The translations under genes were made by a program, and so were the position numbers. Shown piece after piece: positions 27,786-37,450 of a stretch of DNA of 64,000 nucleotides (positions are counted from its first letter, which is position 1; every line of letters begins with the position of its first letter). The notes beneath the pieces are model-generated. The model saw nothing but the letters and a program-made list of their open reading frames with translations. It had not been told where the DNA came from and did no database searches. Source of the stretch: Novakomyces olei (taxonomy: Eukaryota); the NCBI GenBank assembly GCA_016906335.1, contig JADEYG010000002.1:868001-932000 (forward strand), in the 5' to 3' direction.

Positions 27786-27822
27786 TTAGGTTTAGGGTTT
27801 GTCAGGGTTTGCTAGGGTTAGT
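27786..27822. promoter_or_regulatory. Telomere-like array with 10-bp period (reverse orientation)
   Basis: AGGGTTTGTC AGGGTTTGCT AGGGTTAG in the REX4/TFIIS-M divergent promoter. Confidence 0.65.
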
Positions 27823-28039
27823 TTGGTAAATCTGGATTAGTTGATGCAAGAATACACACATAGATAGCCTACTTAGCCTATCTTAATATATTATCCGTCT
27901 TAGCACAATATACGTCCGGCGAGGAATAGTTTAAACCCTAGTTTCAAGAATCAACAGCGTATTATATTAATCAGCGCCAATGCGCTATTAGTAATGTTGT
28001 GTTTATACTGATCTACTATCGCACAGCATCAATCGCCAC

Positions 28040-28483
28040 ATGGACGTGCGCGCTCTAATAGCAAAGCAATTTGATAGCTGCTTAGCTGGCGTATCAGAGA
28101 GCGCGGACTTGGGCGACAATTCGCGCACAGTTGCGAGCGAAATCGAGCAGGTACTTTTCGAAAAATTTAAGGGAGACACTTCAAATGAGTATCGGCAGGC
28201 GGCGCGAACACATTTAAGTGGCCTTCGTGCCAACAAAGATCTATGCCAGCAGCTCTTATCGCGTCAGCTGGATGTATATAGCTTTGTAAATATGTCAGCT
28301 TTGGATATGTCTTCGCCTGAGCGCAGGGAGAAAGATGCACAGTTAAGGCGACGAGAAATGGAAAGGGTTTTACGTGATACGCAAGACGAAGCCGAAAATA
28401 TAAATCGCATAAAAGCAGGAGACGGCCGCTCTCGAGAAAAATGGGGAGTTGAAGGCAGTCATGCGGCAGTTGACGACTTTTAA
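28040..28483 (+). CDS. Small protein with a TFIIS central (TFIIS_M) domain only
   Basis: VASEIEQVLFEKF..SNEYRQAARTHLSGLRANKDLCQQLLS..FVNMSALDMSS; no zinc ribbon. Confidence 0.75.
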   Translation: MDVRALIAKQFDSCLAGVSESADLGDNSRTVASEIEQVLFEKFKGDTSNEYRQAARTHLSGLRANKDLCQQLLSRQLDVYSFVNMSALDMSSPERREKDAQLRRREMERVLRDTQDEAENINRIKAGDGRSREKWGVEGSHAAVDDF

Positions 28484-28811
28484 GGGTGACCTTGGTCGGG
28501 GTTTGGATCTAGATCTCGCTCAAATACTGTGCGAGCTTTTTCTCTGTCAAAGCTTGAGACAGGATTGTGTGCAAATGTAAATAATCGGACAAGTGCAACC
28601 AAACAGATACTAAAGTGTATAGTGCGTACATAAATCGCTGAAGCGCCAAAAATATATCGCACTGACTGCAGTCACAGCGAACTTTTGGCGGCATATTATT
28701 TAAATAGATGTATATATCCAAATATTCATGTCCATTAGACATATGATCCAACTACGCCACTGTGCAACTCAAACCCTTAGCGATCTAAACACAAAAACAT
28801 CTTTCTCCCGC

Positions 28812-29851
28812 TCAACTAAAAAACCAGCCACGTCTGCTTTGGGCCGGCAAAGCTGGCTTTGTACAAGCTTCATTCTTAACCACTTCAAATCCATCAATAG
28901 TTTCAGGTGACTTTCGGCCTGAGGCTAACGGCGCCTTGCCTAGCTCATTAGACGCCTTTTCCAGAGCACTTAATATCTCTGCGATTTCTGCACGGCGTTT
29001 TGCTATAAATTCTTGCTTTTCAGATACTGTTTTGTACTGTTCCGGAATAACGGCACCCGATAGCTGATACGATGAGGGCAGTTTTGACCAAACAAAGTAA
29101 TTTGCACTGATGAGCTTATCAACAACAGGGAGCCGGGATGAATTATTGGCCCACACATACCACCACGGCTGCGAAGCCTCGTCTGCATTGTCACTGCTGG
29201 GGTTGTCGCCAGTCTCCTTGCAAGAGTTAATAACAAAATTATAATACGGAAAGGCATACTTTTGAGAAGGCATTCTGAGAACTGACATGATCGAGAAGGC
29301 TTTTAAGCAAATCGATTAGAGCAGTGACGTGCAAGCGTTGTGCAAGTGCCTGTAGTTCGCCCATTGCAGAATCGAAATAATCCTGGTGCTCTGACAGTCT
29401 TGGGGAAAGATAGTCATCGTAAATTAACCGGAAGCCCTATTGAGCACTGTGTTAGAAAGGAACAAAATACCATCTTTTTGAGCGTAAATACCTCAGTTTG
29501 GGGGCAAACAAGCCAGACGTAAAACCCGGTACGCATAAAGTCGTAGAGCGGTAGCCTTAAAACTTGGTTAGACCGTCAGATCTTGATTTCGGTGTATGTA
29601 ATTCTCTATTTTGACGTAGGCAACGCACCATGATACAAGTATAGTGGTTATCGAATCAACGATAATCACTGTGCCAAACACCATCCAGTATTGGAGCCAA
29701 TAAACAACGAGATTGATATCATTGCGCTGTAGCGATTTGAAAGAAACGTACAGCGGCAAAACAGCGGAAGCGAACAGACTGGTACGTTAGCGCAAGCAGT
29801 CCGAATTTACAACGGCGGATACCGAATCAGCTTGAGTGCAAAAGAAAACAT
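28812..29851 (-). CDS. HVA22/TB2-DP1 (Yop1/REEP) family membrane protein, multi-exon
   Basis: LPLYVSFKSL..YWLQYWMVFG..LPLYDFMRTGFYVWLVCPQTE|GFRLIYDDYLSPRL. Confidence 0.78.
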
Positions 29852-30621
29852 GATTAGCCTTGGTGCTGCGGAAAGCTGCGGCTAGATTTGAAATTTGCTT
29901 TGCCAAAGCACAAGTACCAAAGCTCTGGTATTCAACGTGCGATGGTCTATACTTGCACTGAATTGTTTGGGCCGCTAACGGTTGATCTTAACCCCGCGCC
30001 CAAGTACAGATAGGTTATGATCTATCATTGACTAGTGCAATAAATAATATACTGTGTGAGTAATATCACCAAGAGAACGATGATTTGATACGTGACCAAA
30101 AACAGAATTACTGGTATATTATTCCGAATAATTCTGTCGATGGGGACATTGGCGCCGCCATTGGCTCGACGACACTAATCGCCAGCTTTACGTAGAACGC
30201 GTTGAATGAACCAAAAAAATCATCTATTAATCTCGCGGACAAGAGTCACAAGGCTTATGTTGACTGTAGGATGCTGGCTGGCTCTATACAAATTTACTGT
30301 TATCCATTAAATACATCCAAGTCTACATTTACCGCTGCTCTTTACTGTCAAAATTATGGAAACATGTCACCGCGTCTTGGGTATATGATGTGAGCGCTAT
30401 AATTAAAGAAAAAAAGCGCAATTAAATAAAATGCAATGGGACAAATATCCAAACTCGAACAAACAAAAGAGAATGAATTGGAAAAGACCAATCCAAAATT
30501 TTGCGTACAGATGACAAGAAACATGCTATAGTCAAGTTCATCAACTGGCTGCTTCTCAGAATGGTAGACATAGCCTGCTTCGGCGTGACCACAAAGGTTA
30601 TTGCTGTGCTATCATTAATCT

Positions 30622-30637
30622 AGGGTTAGTTAGGGTT
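30622..30637. promoter_or_regulatory. Telomere-like promoter element (exact 16-mer, reverse orientation)
   Basis: AGGGTTAGTTAGGGTT ends 108 bp upstream of the TANGO2 ATG. Confidence 0.75.
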
Positions 30638-30744
30638 ATGCAGGAGTATTTTAATAAATGGCAGCATTATTCAAACTATCTTATATTGAAAGCAATAATT
30701 ATAGTTATGCGCCTTGGCACATGAAGCAATGCACTTCGTGAACG

Positions 30745-31651
30745 ATGTGTCTGGTGGCTGTGAGCTGCGAGCATCCCGAATATGCTCTTGTCATTATAGC
30801 AAATCGGGACGAGTTTTTTGATAGGCCAACTTTGGCCGCAGACTGGTGGGAAGACGCTCAATCTGTTTATGGTGGACGCGATTTGGCGCGTCAGGAGCAG
30901 GGCACGTGGCTCGGCATAACCGCCTCTGGGCGTATAGCGTACGTCAAAACATTGCTAATCTTACTATGTAAACAAAAGCATACTGACGTCAAGTATACTT
31001 ACTAATTACCGTGAGCCCGATATAATTGGAGCTGGGGACAGGTCCCGTGGACTTTTGCCCAGGCTTTTTCTCACATCCCATACTGAACCCGATGAATTTG
31101 CTCAGAAATTGTACGCCACGTTTGGTGAGGATAACGACCGCTCGCCTTTAAGCAGTTTTGGTGGATTCACACTTCTCTGCTGTCAGTTGAACGCTCGGCA
31201 ATTAGAACAGAAACAGCCATCTTTCTCTGTTTTATCAAATCGGCAGCAGCGCGGGGAACAATGTGGAGACATTTTTGCCGCAAAAGAACAAACTCGCTCT
31301 CTTAGCAACACAAAGTTTGGCTCACCGTGGCCAAAAACGGACCAGGCGACTCTTCTGCTTCGCAATTTGGTAACAATGTCGCCCTCACATAAAGACAAGG
31401 CTGCCTTAATATCTGATTGCTTTAGCATTCTTGATACACAGGCGCAACTTGCTAAATTGAGCATTGATACACTAAAAGACACAATTTTTGTGCCTTGTCA
31501 GGAGTTTAATGGCCGGTTGTATGGCACAAGGCAGCAAACTGTTATCCTTATTGATCGATCTGGGCATGTAACATTCGAGGAGCGTACACGCCATGGGCAC
31601 TCGGACCACATTGATACAAAACGCCAAACCTTTTCGTTCAAGTGTAGCTAG
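30745..31651 (+). CDS. TANGO2/NRDE family protein, 2 exons
   Basis: MCLV..IANRDEFFDRPT..GGRDL..GTWLGI..GRIA|ILTNYRE..SRG and YGTRQQTVILID. Confidence 0.9.
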
Positions 31652-31968
31652 TGTAACTGGGTTTATAAAGGCTACGAGCTTTATGGCTGATGATAACTAT
31701 GAGCAATCATACATTGCATTGCCGAGATCGGCAATGGTAATGATTGATATTCGACCACATTTGGCCTGCGAAAACTATTTTAGCATTACCTTCGTCGTAA
31801 GACCAATCTTTACATAAAAGAATGCTCAAGATATAAAAGTGAAACTTTTGAAATTTGGATTAGTCAAATATATGAATACGCGCGGCAAGTACAAGCAGTG
31901 CAGTAGCAAAGCACTAAAGCACAAATGTAGTCAGCCCCAGTTTTCTATCGTGTACCAAATTGTCCCGA

Positions 31969-33700
31969 CTATGATTCAACAAGACTATCCTGCACGGAAT
32001 AGTATTTGAGAATATTACGGGAAAAGTACTCGCCAAATCGCCGTCCCGCCTTAGCTTCTGCCACGTGAACTATATCGTTGCGCAGAGCAATATCAAGCTC
32101 TGAAATGGTAGAAACTTCTCCATTTAAAATCGACCCTCCATTCCAACGCAACTGCCGTGATTTTTGCTTGAATACAATAAGCCGAGAACGTAACTCTTCC
32201 ACATCGACATTAAGAAACTCGGCTGCTTTTGCAAGAGAAACGGTGGAGTAGAGCCGCAGGTTAGATCTTAACAGAGGGACCGTCAAATGAGAACGTACAC
32301 TGCTAATGAATATACGTAAATGGTGTTGCTGCGGCTCAACAATAGGCATTCCACTATCATAGTCTGGAGGCAACGGTGAAATGAACTTGGGCGAGGAGTA
32401 ACCAAACAGCTCTTCAAACACAGGAATAGCATCATCAGCTGAAGCTGAACGTTGCATTTTGTTCAATTGCTGCCCATATTTTTCACGCATTTGCGAATGG
32501 ATAAGATCGTCCAAACGCGTCGGGGAAAGAGCGACACACATGGCCAACAGTGCGTACATTTGATCGCCCTTTTTCGCCACCTGATCGTACTGCACGTTAC
32601 GTTGGCGGTGACCACCTGTTCGTGCCACGTACAGCAAAATGTGAGAAAAGGCCTTTATGGCGTCGGCAAAGCGATTCATCATCATGTAAGCAAAGCCAAT
32701 ATAATAATAAGTGGTAAAATGGCAAGCCGTTACACGAGCAAACAAAGCCTTTTTATTGAGCTCAATATTGTCCATGGTTTTGAGGGCAAGAGTGAAATCA
32801 CCCAAAAGGCAATGGACACGTACAAGGCCAATAAGGCCAAAGTATCCCAACATTTTGTACAATGGCCGTGAACCGTATTCATCGGAAACGGTGGCAGCCG
32901 GGTCTTCACCAGCTTTAATGGCCGCCAATTGCTCATTCATCGAGCTCTTCTGAATCAGGGAATAAAGGACATTTAGTACACTGTAAGAGCTCCAAACTTG
33001 CGGTGTCTCCTTCAGCGCGGCCACTTCTTCAGCCGAAAGCTTGTTCACACGTGCCCGGTACATGCAAAACGACTGATATTGATAAATAAACTCGTCGCAA
33101 ATATCCCAGGCCCAATTTGTCGGCAATTCCAAATCAACTGGGCCGTCAGAATTAAGGATAAAATTGAACAGGTCACAGTAATTCTCGTAAGACTGGATAC
33201 GCTGCTCCAGGCTGGGCTGTAATCGGGCGTAAACGTGCCTAAAGTACAGTTCACGGTAGAGAATAAGGAAGTTTGGATCGTCGTTTACTAATGGCGCAAT
33301 AACCTCGGCTTCTGGCCACGGCGATTTAAGGTAGTACTTCTCCGTCAGCCGATTAAACTGTGTCTCGTAGCACCCGTGCAGCTCGTAAACGTTGTTGCTG
33401 AGCACAGCGTTGTGAAAGTACACAATAAAGCTGCGCACAGGCTCAGGCACCTCAACCTCCTGTCGCGTTAACTCGGATAATCAGGTACAGATTGAGTTTT
33501 ATCAATTAATTTTTCCTTTTTCTTTTCCCCTTTTCTTCTACTTTTTTTCCGGATTGCAATACCTGTTGTTGTGAGGCGTAGACAGCATTGGCTGCTATAG
33601 CGCCGTCGTCGAATACAGCATTGTTTTGTCCAGCGACAATGAGCTCGGCGGCCGCCTCGTCGTCGTCTACGAGGTACTCGAGATCGTTCACTGCCGCCAT
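31969..33700 (-). CDS. eIF3L: Translation initiation factor 3 subunit L, 2 exons
   Basis: PWPEAE, LYRELYFRH, WAWDICDEFIYQ, LYKMLGYFGLIGLVRVHCLLGDF and SPKFISP. Confidence 0.92.
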
Positions 33701-34381
33701 GATGGAAAATTTGAGTGAGCCTTGAAAATATTGTATGCGTAGTATAAGAGATAATAGTACGCACAAGACACGAGCCTATGCAAATAATATACAGGTTGTT
33801 TATGGATAACAATAATGCGATATAGATTCGCCTAATAATAGCACTATACACACAAAGGCACATAATGTTTAAATGAGAGATGGACACAAAGTATAGACAA
33901 ATATTTGAGCAGCGAGAATTATGGGAATAAACCTCGAGTTTCATAGTCGATTAATTAATAATAATAATCAATAATAATAATAATCAATTATTAAAATAAT
34001 TAATTAATCAATTGTATATTTATCCATCGTCACAGGTAAAAATTACGATTACTGCAAAGTACACGGACGATACGAGTATGATTGATTAGTATGCGAATAC
34101 TATCTCCAATAATACATATGAACGAATGACTAATCGCTGATCACATATAATTTATTTAATAAGAGGAGTGAAATTGAGATAGCTGTCGCTATAAGCAGGC
34201 ACAATACAGAATTAATAGAAAAATAGACAAAATAATCAAGAAAGAATTATAGAACAAACAACAAAGAACTGAATTAAGGAACAAGAATAAGGAAAAAGAA
34301 TAAAATAAAGAATAAAATAAAGAATATAAAAAAAGGAATAAAAAAAAAAAAGAATTAAAAAAAAATCTACCCTTTCAACTA

Positions 34382-37234
34382 ATGGTGAACAGCTACGCGC
34401 GCTTCGAGCCAATACGCTCCTTTGGCGTAATAGCGTCGCCCACGGGAACCAGTGTACTCGCGCATGATGCGAGTGGGAGCGCGGTAGCAGTGGTCCCCGC
34501 ATTGGAGGCAGTTAAAGTATGGGGCATTAAAACGGGAGAGCTGCAGGCGGTATGGCGCGACAGCGGCAATACTGCCGCTGTTTCTGCCATTGCGCAGTCG
34601 CCTGCGGACTCTAGCATTTACGCAGTCGGCTACGCGGACGGGTCAGTCCGTGTATGGAACAGTGTGAGCCGAGAGCCGATTGTAACGCTCAACGGCCATC
34701 TGTCGAGGGTCACTGCCCTCACCTTTGACAGCGCTGGAACACGGCTGTTTAGCGGTGCTCAGGACACGTGTATTATCGTATGGGACCTTGTGGCAGAGAC
34801 GGGTCTCGTGCGCCTGCGTGGCCACCAGGACCAGGTCACAGGGCTCGTCTATTTGCCCTCTGTATCTGTAGAGGCAGAGGCAGAGACTTTAGAGACTTTA
34901 GAGACTGTAGAGACTATAGAGACTGTAGAAACAAAAGCCGGCTGGCTCGTGTCGTGTGGCAAAGACGCTCTGCTCAAAGTATGGGACCTGACACTGCAGC
35001 AATGTGTCGAGACCCATGCGGAGCACGGCAGTGCCGTTTGGGCAATAGACCTGAACGGCCACAGTTCTACGCTTGTGTCTGCCGGCACTGATCCCGAGGT
35101 GAGAGTGTGGCACGTGCACGTGGGTGCTGACGCGTCTGGCAGCGGCACTAGACGGCTCTCGCTGGCTCATACTTTTACACGCAGCAGCAGAGAGCGGGCA
35201 GTGAGCGTAAAGTGGCACCCGACACTGCCTTTTATTGCCGTCCAGCAGGCAGACAAGTTGGTGCAGGTGTTTAGGCAGCGGTCGCAAAACGAACTGGCCA
35301 AGATTGCCGCCCGCCGAGAGAAGCGTCGGCCTGGCAGAGATTCTAATCGAGACTCTAATCTAAAATCTAATCGAGTCTCTGGCCAGACGCTGTTGCAGCC
35401 GGCCGACTTCTTTTGCCTGTACACTAATATCCGCCTGTCGGCCAAGGCACAGTCTATCGACTGGGACAAGAGTGCCACAGTGTCAGTGGCTAAACAGCCG
35501 CTCTGCCTGCTCGTAGTACAGGCAGACAATCAGGTCACTCTGCACGCTATAACCCCACCTCGTAAAGGCGAAAAAGTGGCAGAGGGAGCTGGGCTGGCAG
35601 AGACGCTGTACACTCTTGCCCTCGAGGGTCACCGTACAGATATCCGCTGCCTTGCCCTGACACAGGACGACGAGGTGGCAGCCAGTGGCAGCAACGGCAG
35701 CCTAAAGCTGTGGAACATGAGCACGGGCCACTGTATCCGCACTTTTGCCTCAGAGTATACTCTGTGCACTGCTTTTATCGTGTCTGACAGGTACCTTTTG
35801 GCGGGGTACAAGAGCGGTGCCGTCCAAGTGTTTGATGTGGCATCTGCCTCTGCCTTTGACGAGGTGCAGGCACACAATGGCCCTGTCTGGGCCATCGATG
35901 TGCACCCGGACGGGTCTGCACTGGCGACGGCCAGTGCAGACAAGACGGTAAAGTTTTGGCAAATCAGACTGGTGCAGTCGCCAGTTCTTGGCAGCGAGCA
36001 GCGGACTATTACTACTCCCGACTTGAAACTGCTGCGCACGCTTCGACTGGAGGATGATGTGCTGAGCGTAAAGCACTCGCCGGATGGAAAGCTGCTGGCT
36101 GTAAGCCTGCTCGATAACACTGTCAAGGTCTTTTACTATGACACACTAAAGTTCTTCCTTTCACTGTACGGGCACAAACTGCCCGTACTGAGCATCGATA
36201 TCGCTCACGACAGCAAGCTGCTCATCTCGTGCTCTGCCGATAAAAACATTAAAATATGGGGACTCGATTTCGGTGACTGTCGCCGAAGCATTTTCGCTCA
36301 CCAGGACAGTATTATGCAGTGCAAGTTTTTTCCCAAGTCACATCACTTTGTCACCTGCAGTAAGGACAAGACGGTGAAGACGTGGGACGGACAGCACCAG
36401 ATCCAAACTTTGTCCGGCTTCCACGGAGAAGTCTGGGCCCTTGCTGTCGGCCATGCACGTCCTCTCATTGTGGCTGCCTCACACGACAAGTCTGTCCGTG
36501 TGTGGGAGACGGGGGACGATCTAGTGTTTTTGGAGGAGGAGAGGGAGCGTGAGGAGGCGGCAGAGTACGACCAGTACCTGGCCGACTCTGCCAACACTGC
36601 TGACCAGGCAGAGATGCAAGTCGCTGAGCAAGAAGCGTCACGTGCCGGCAAGCAGACGAAGGAGACTCTTGTCGCTGGGGAAAGGGTTGCAGAGGCAATT
36701 GAGATTGCGTACACTGACAGACGCGCTTGGCAGGATTACACACAAAAGCAAGGCGAAGCACGGGGCAGTACAAATCATTTGGCTCCGCCCAAAAGGCACC
36801 CGGTCATGGCGGTTGCTAATGTGACGGCTGAGCAGTACGTTTTGCAGACAATGGAGAGGGTTAAATCGAGCCAATTAGAGGACGCTTTGCTCGTGCTTAC
36901 TTTTGAGAATATTCTGAGGCTGCTGGAGTTTGTGGATTATTGGGCCCTGCACGATATGAATCTGCTGCTCACCTGCCGAGTCTTGTTTTTCGTAATCAAC
37001 AGCTTTTACACGCAGATAATTGCCAACAAAATTATGCGTACACGGCTAAACTCGATCCGCAAAAATGTCCAGGCTTCCCTGCAGAAGGGTATGGATACGG
37101 TCGGGTTTAATATGGCCGCTCTGTCGTTTGTTCAGCGGGAACAGAAACTCGCCAGCGTCACCACTTTTGCAGAAGCACAAGCCCTGGACACGGACCATGA
37201 CACGCGAAAACGGGCCTTTTCGACACTGGTTTAG
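34382..37234 (+). CDS. UTP12: SSU processome WD40 protein Utp12/Dip2
   Basis: MVNSYARF, many WD repeats, KFFLSLYGHKLPVL, SADKNIKIWGLDFGDC and LEDALLVL. Confidence 0.93.
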   Translation: MVNSYARFEPIRSFGVIASPTGTSVLAHDASGSAVAVVPALEAVKVWGIKTGELQAVWRDSGNTAAVSAIAQSPADSSIYAVGYADGSVRVWNSVSREPIVTLNGHLSRVTALTFDSAGTRLFSGAQDTCIIVWDLVAETGLVRLRGHQDQVTGLVYLPSVSVEAEAETLETLETVETIETVETKAGWLVSCGKDALLKVWDLTLQQCVETHAEHGSAVWAIDLNGHSSTLVSAGTDPEVRVWHVHVGADASGSGTRRLSLAHTFTRSSRERAVSVKWHPTLPFIAVQQADKLVQVFRQRSQNELAKIAARREKRRPGRDSNRDSNLKSNRVSGQTLLQPADFFCLYTNIRLSAKAQSIDWDKSATVSVAKQPLCLLVVQADNQVTLHAITPPRKGEKVAEGAGLAETLYTLALEGHRTDIRCLALTQDDEVAASGSNGSLKLWNMSTGHCIRTFASEYTLCTAFIVSDRYLLAGYKSGAVQVFDVASASAFDEVQAHNGPVWAIDVHPDGSALATASADKTVKFWQIRLVQSPVLGSEQRTITTPDLKLLRTLRLEDDVLSVKHSPDGKLLAVSLLDNTVKVFYYDTLKFFLSLYGHKLPVLSIDIAHDSKLLISCSADKNIKIWGLDFGDCRRSIFAHQDSIMQCKFFPKSHHFVTCSKDKTVKTWDGQHQIQTLSGFHGEVWALAVGHARPLIVAASHDKSVRVWETGDDLVFLEEEREREEAAEYDQYLADSANTADQAEMQVAEQEASRAGKQTKETLVAGERVAEAIEIAYTDRRAWQDYTQKQGEARGSTNHLAPPKRHPVMAVANVTAEQYVLQTMERVKSSQLEDALLVLTFENILRLLEFVDYWALHDMNLLLTCRVLFFVINSFYTQIIANKIMRTRLNSIRKNVQASLQKGMDTVGFNMAALSFVQREQKLASVTTFAEAQALDTDHDTRKRAFSTLV

Positions 37235-37450
37235 TAGCTGTAAATAGGAATTGTACAAATGAGCGTGGGGGTGTATGAATTGCATTTGATCATATTGGTC
37301 AATCATGGTGTCACTGCATATTATTGCAATTGTTTGTTGTTTTTTGATAAATTTGGTTTCGAATAACAAAAGTATTTAATGTTTGCATTATTGAATACTA
37401 TACTTCCATCTATGTTTTGTAAAAAAAGTTTGTCAGAAAACAATGCTTAA

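Noticed and set aside
29290-29352. Possible GC-AG intron in the HVA22-like gene
   Set aside because: The frame reads through this stretch, and a canonical GTATGC...AAG intron just downstream restores the frame.
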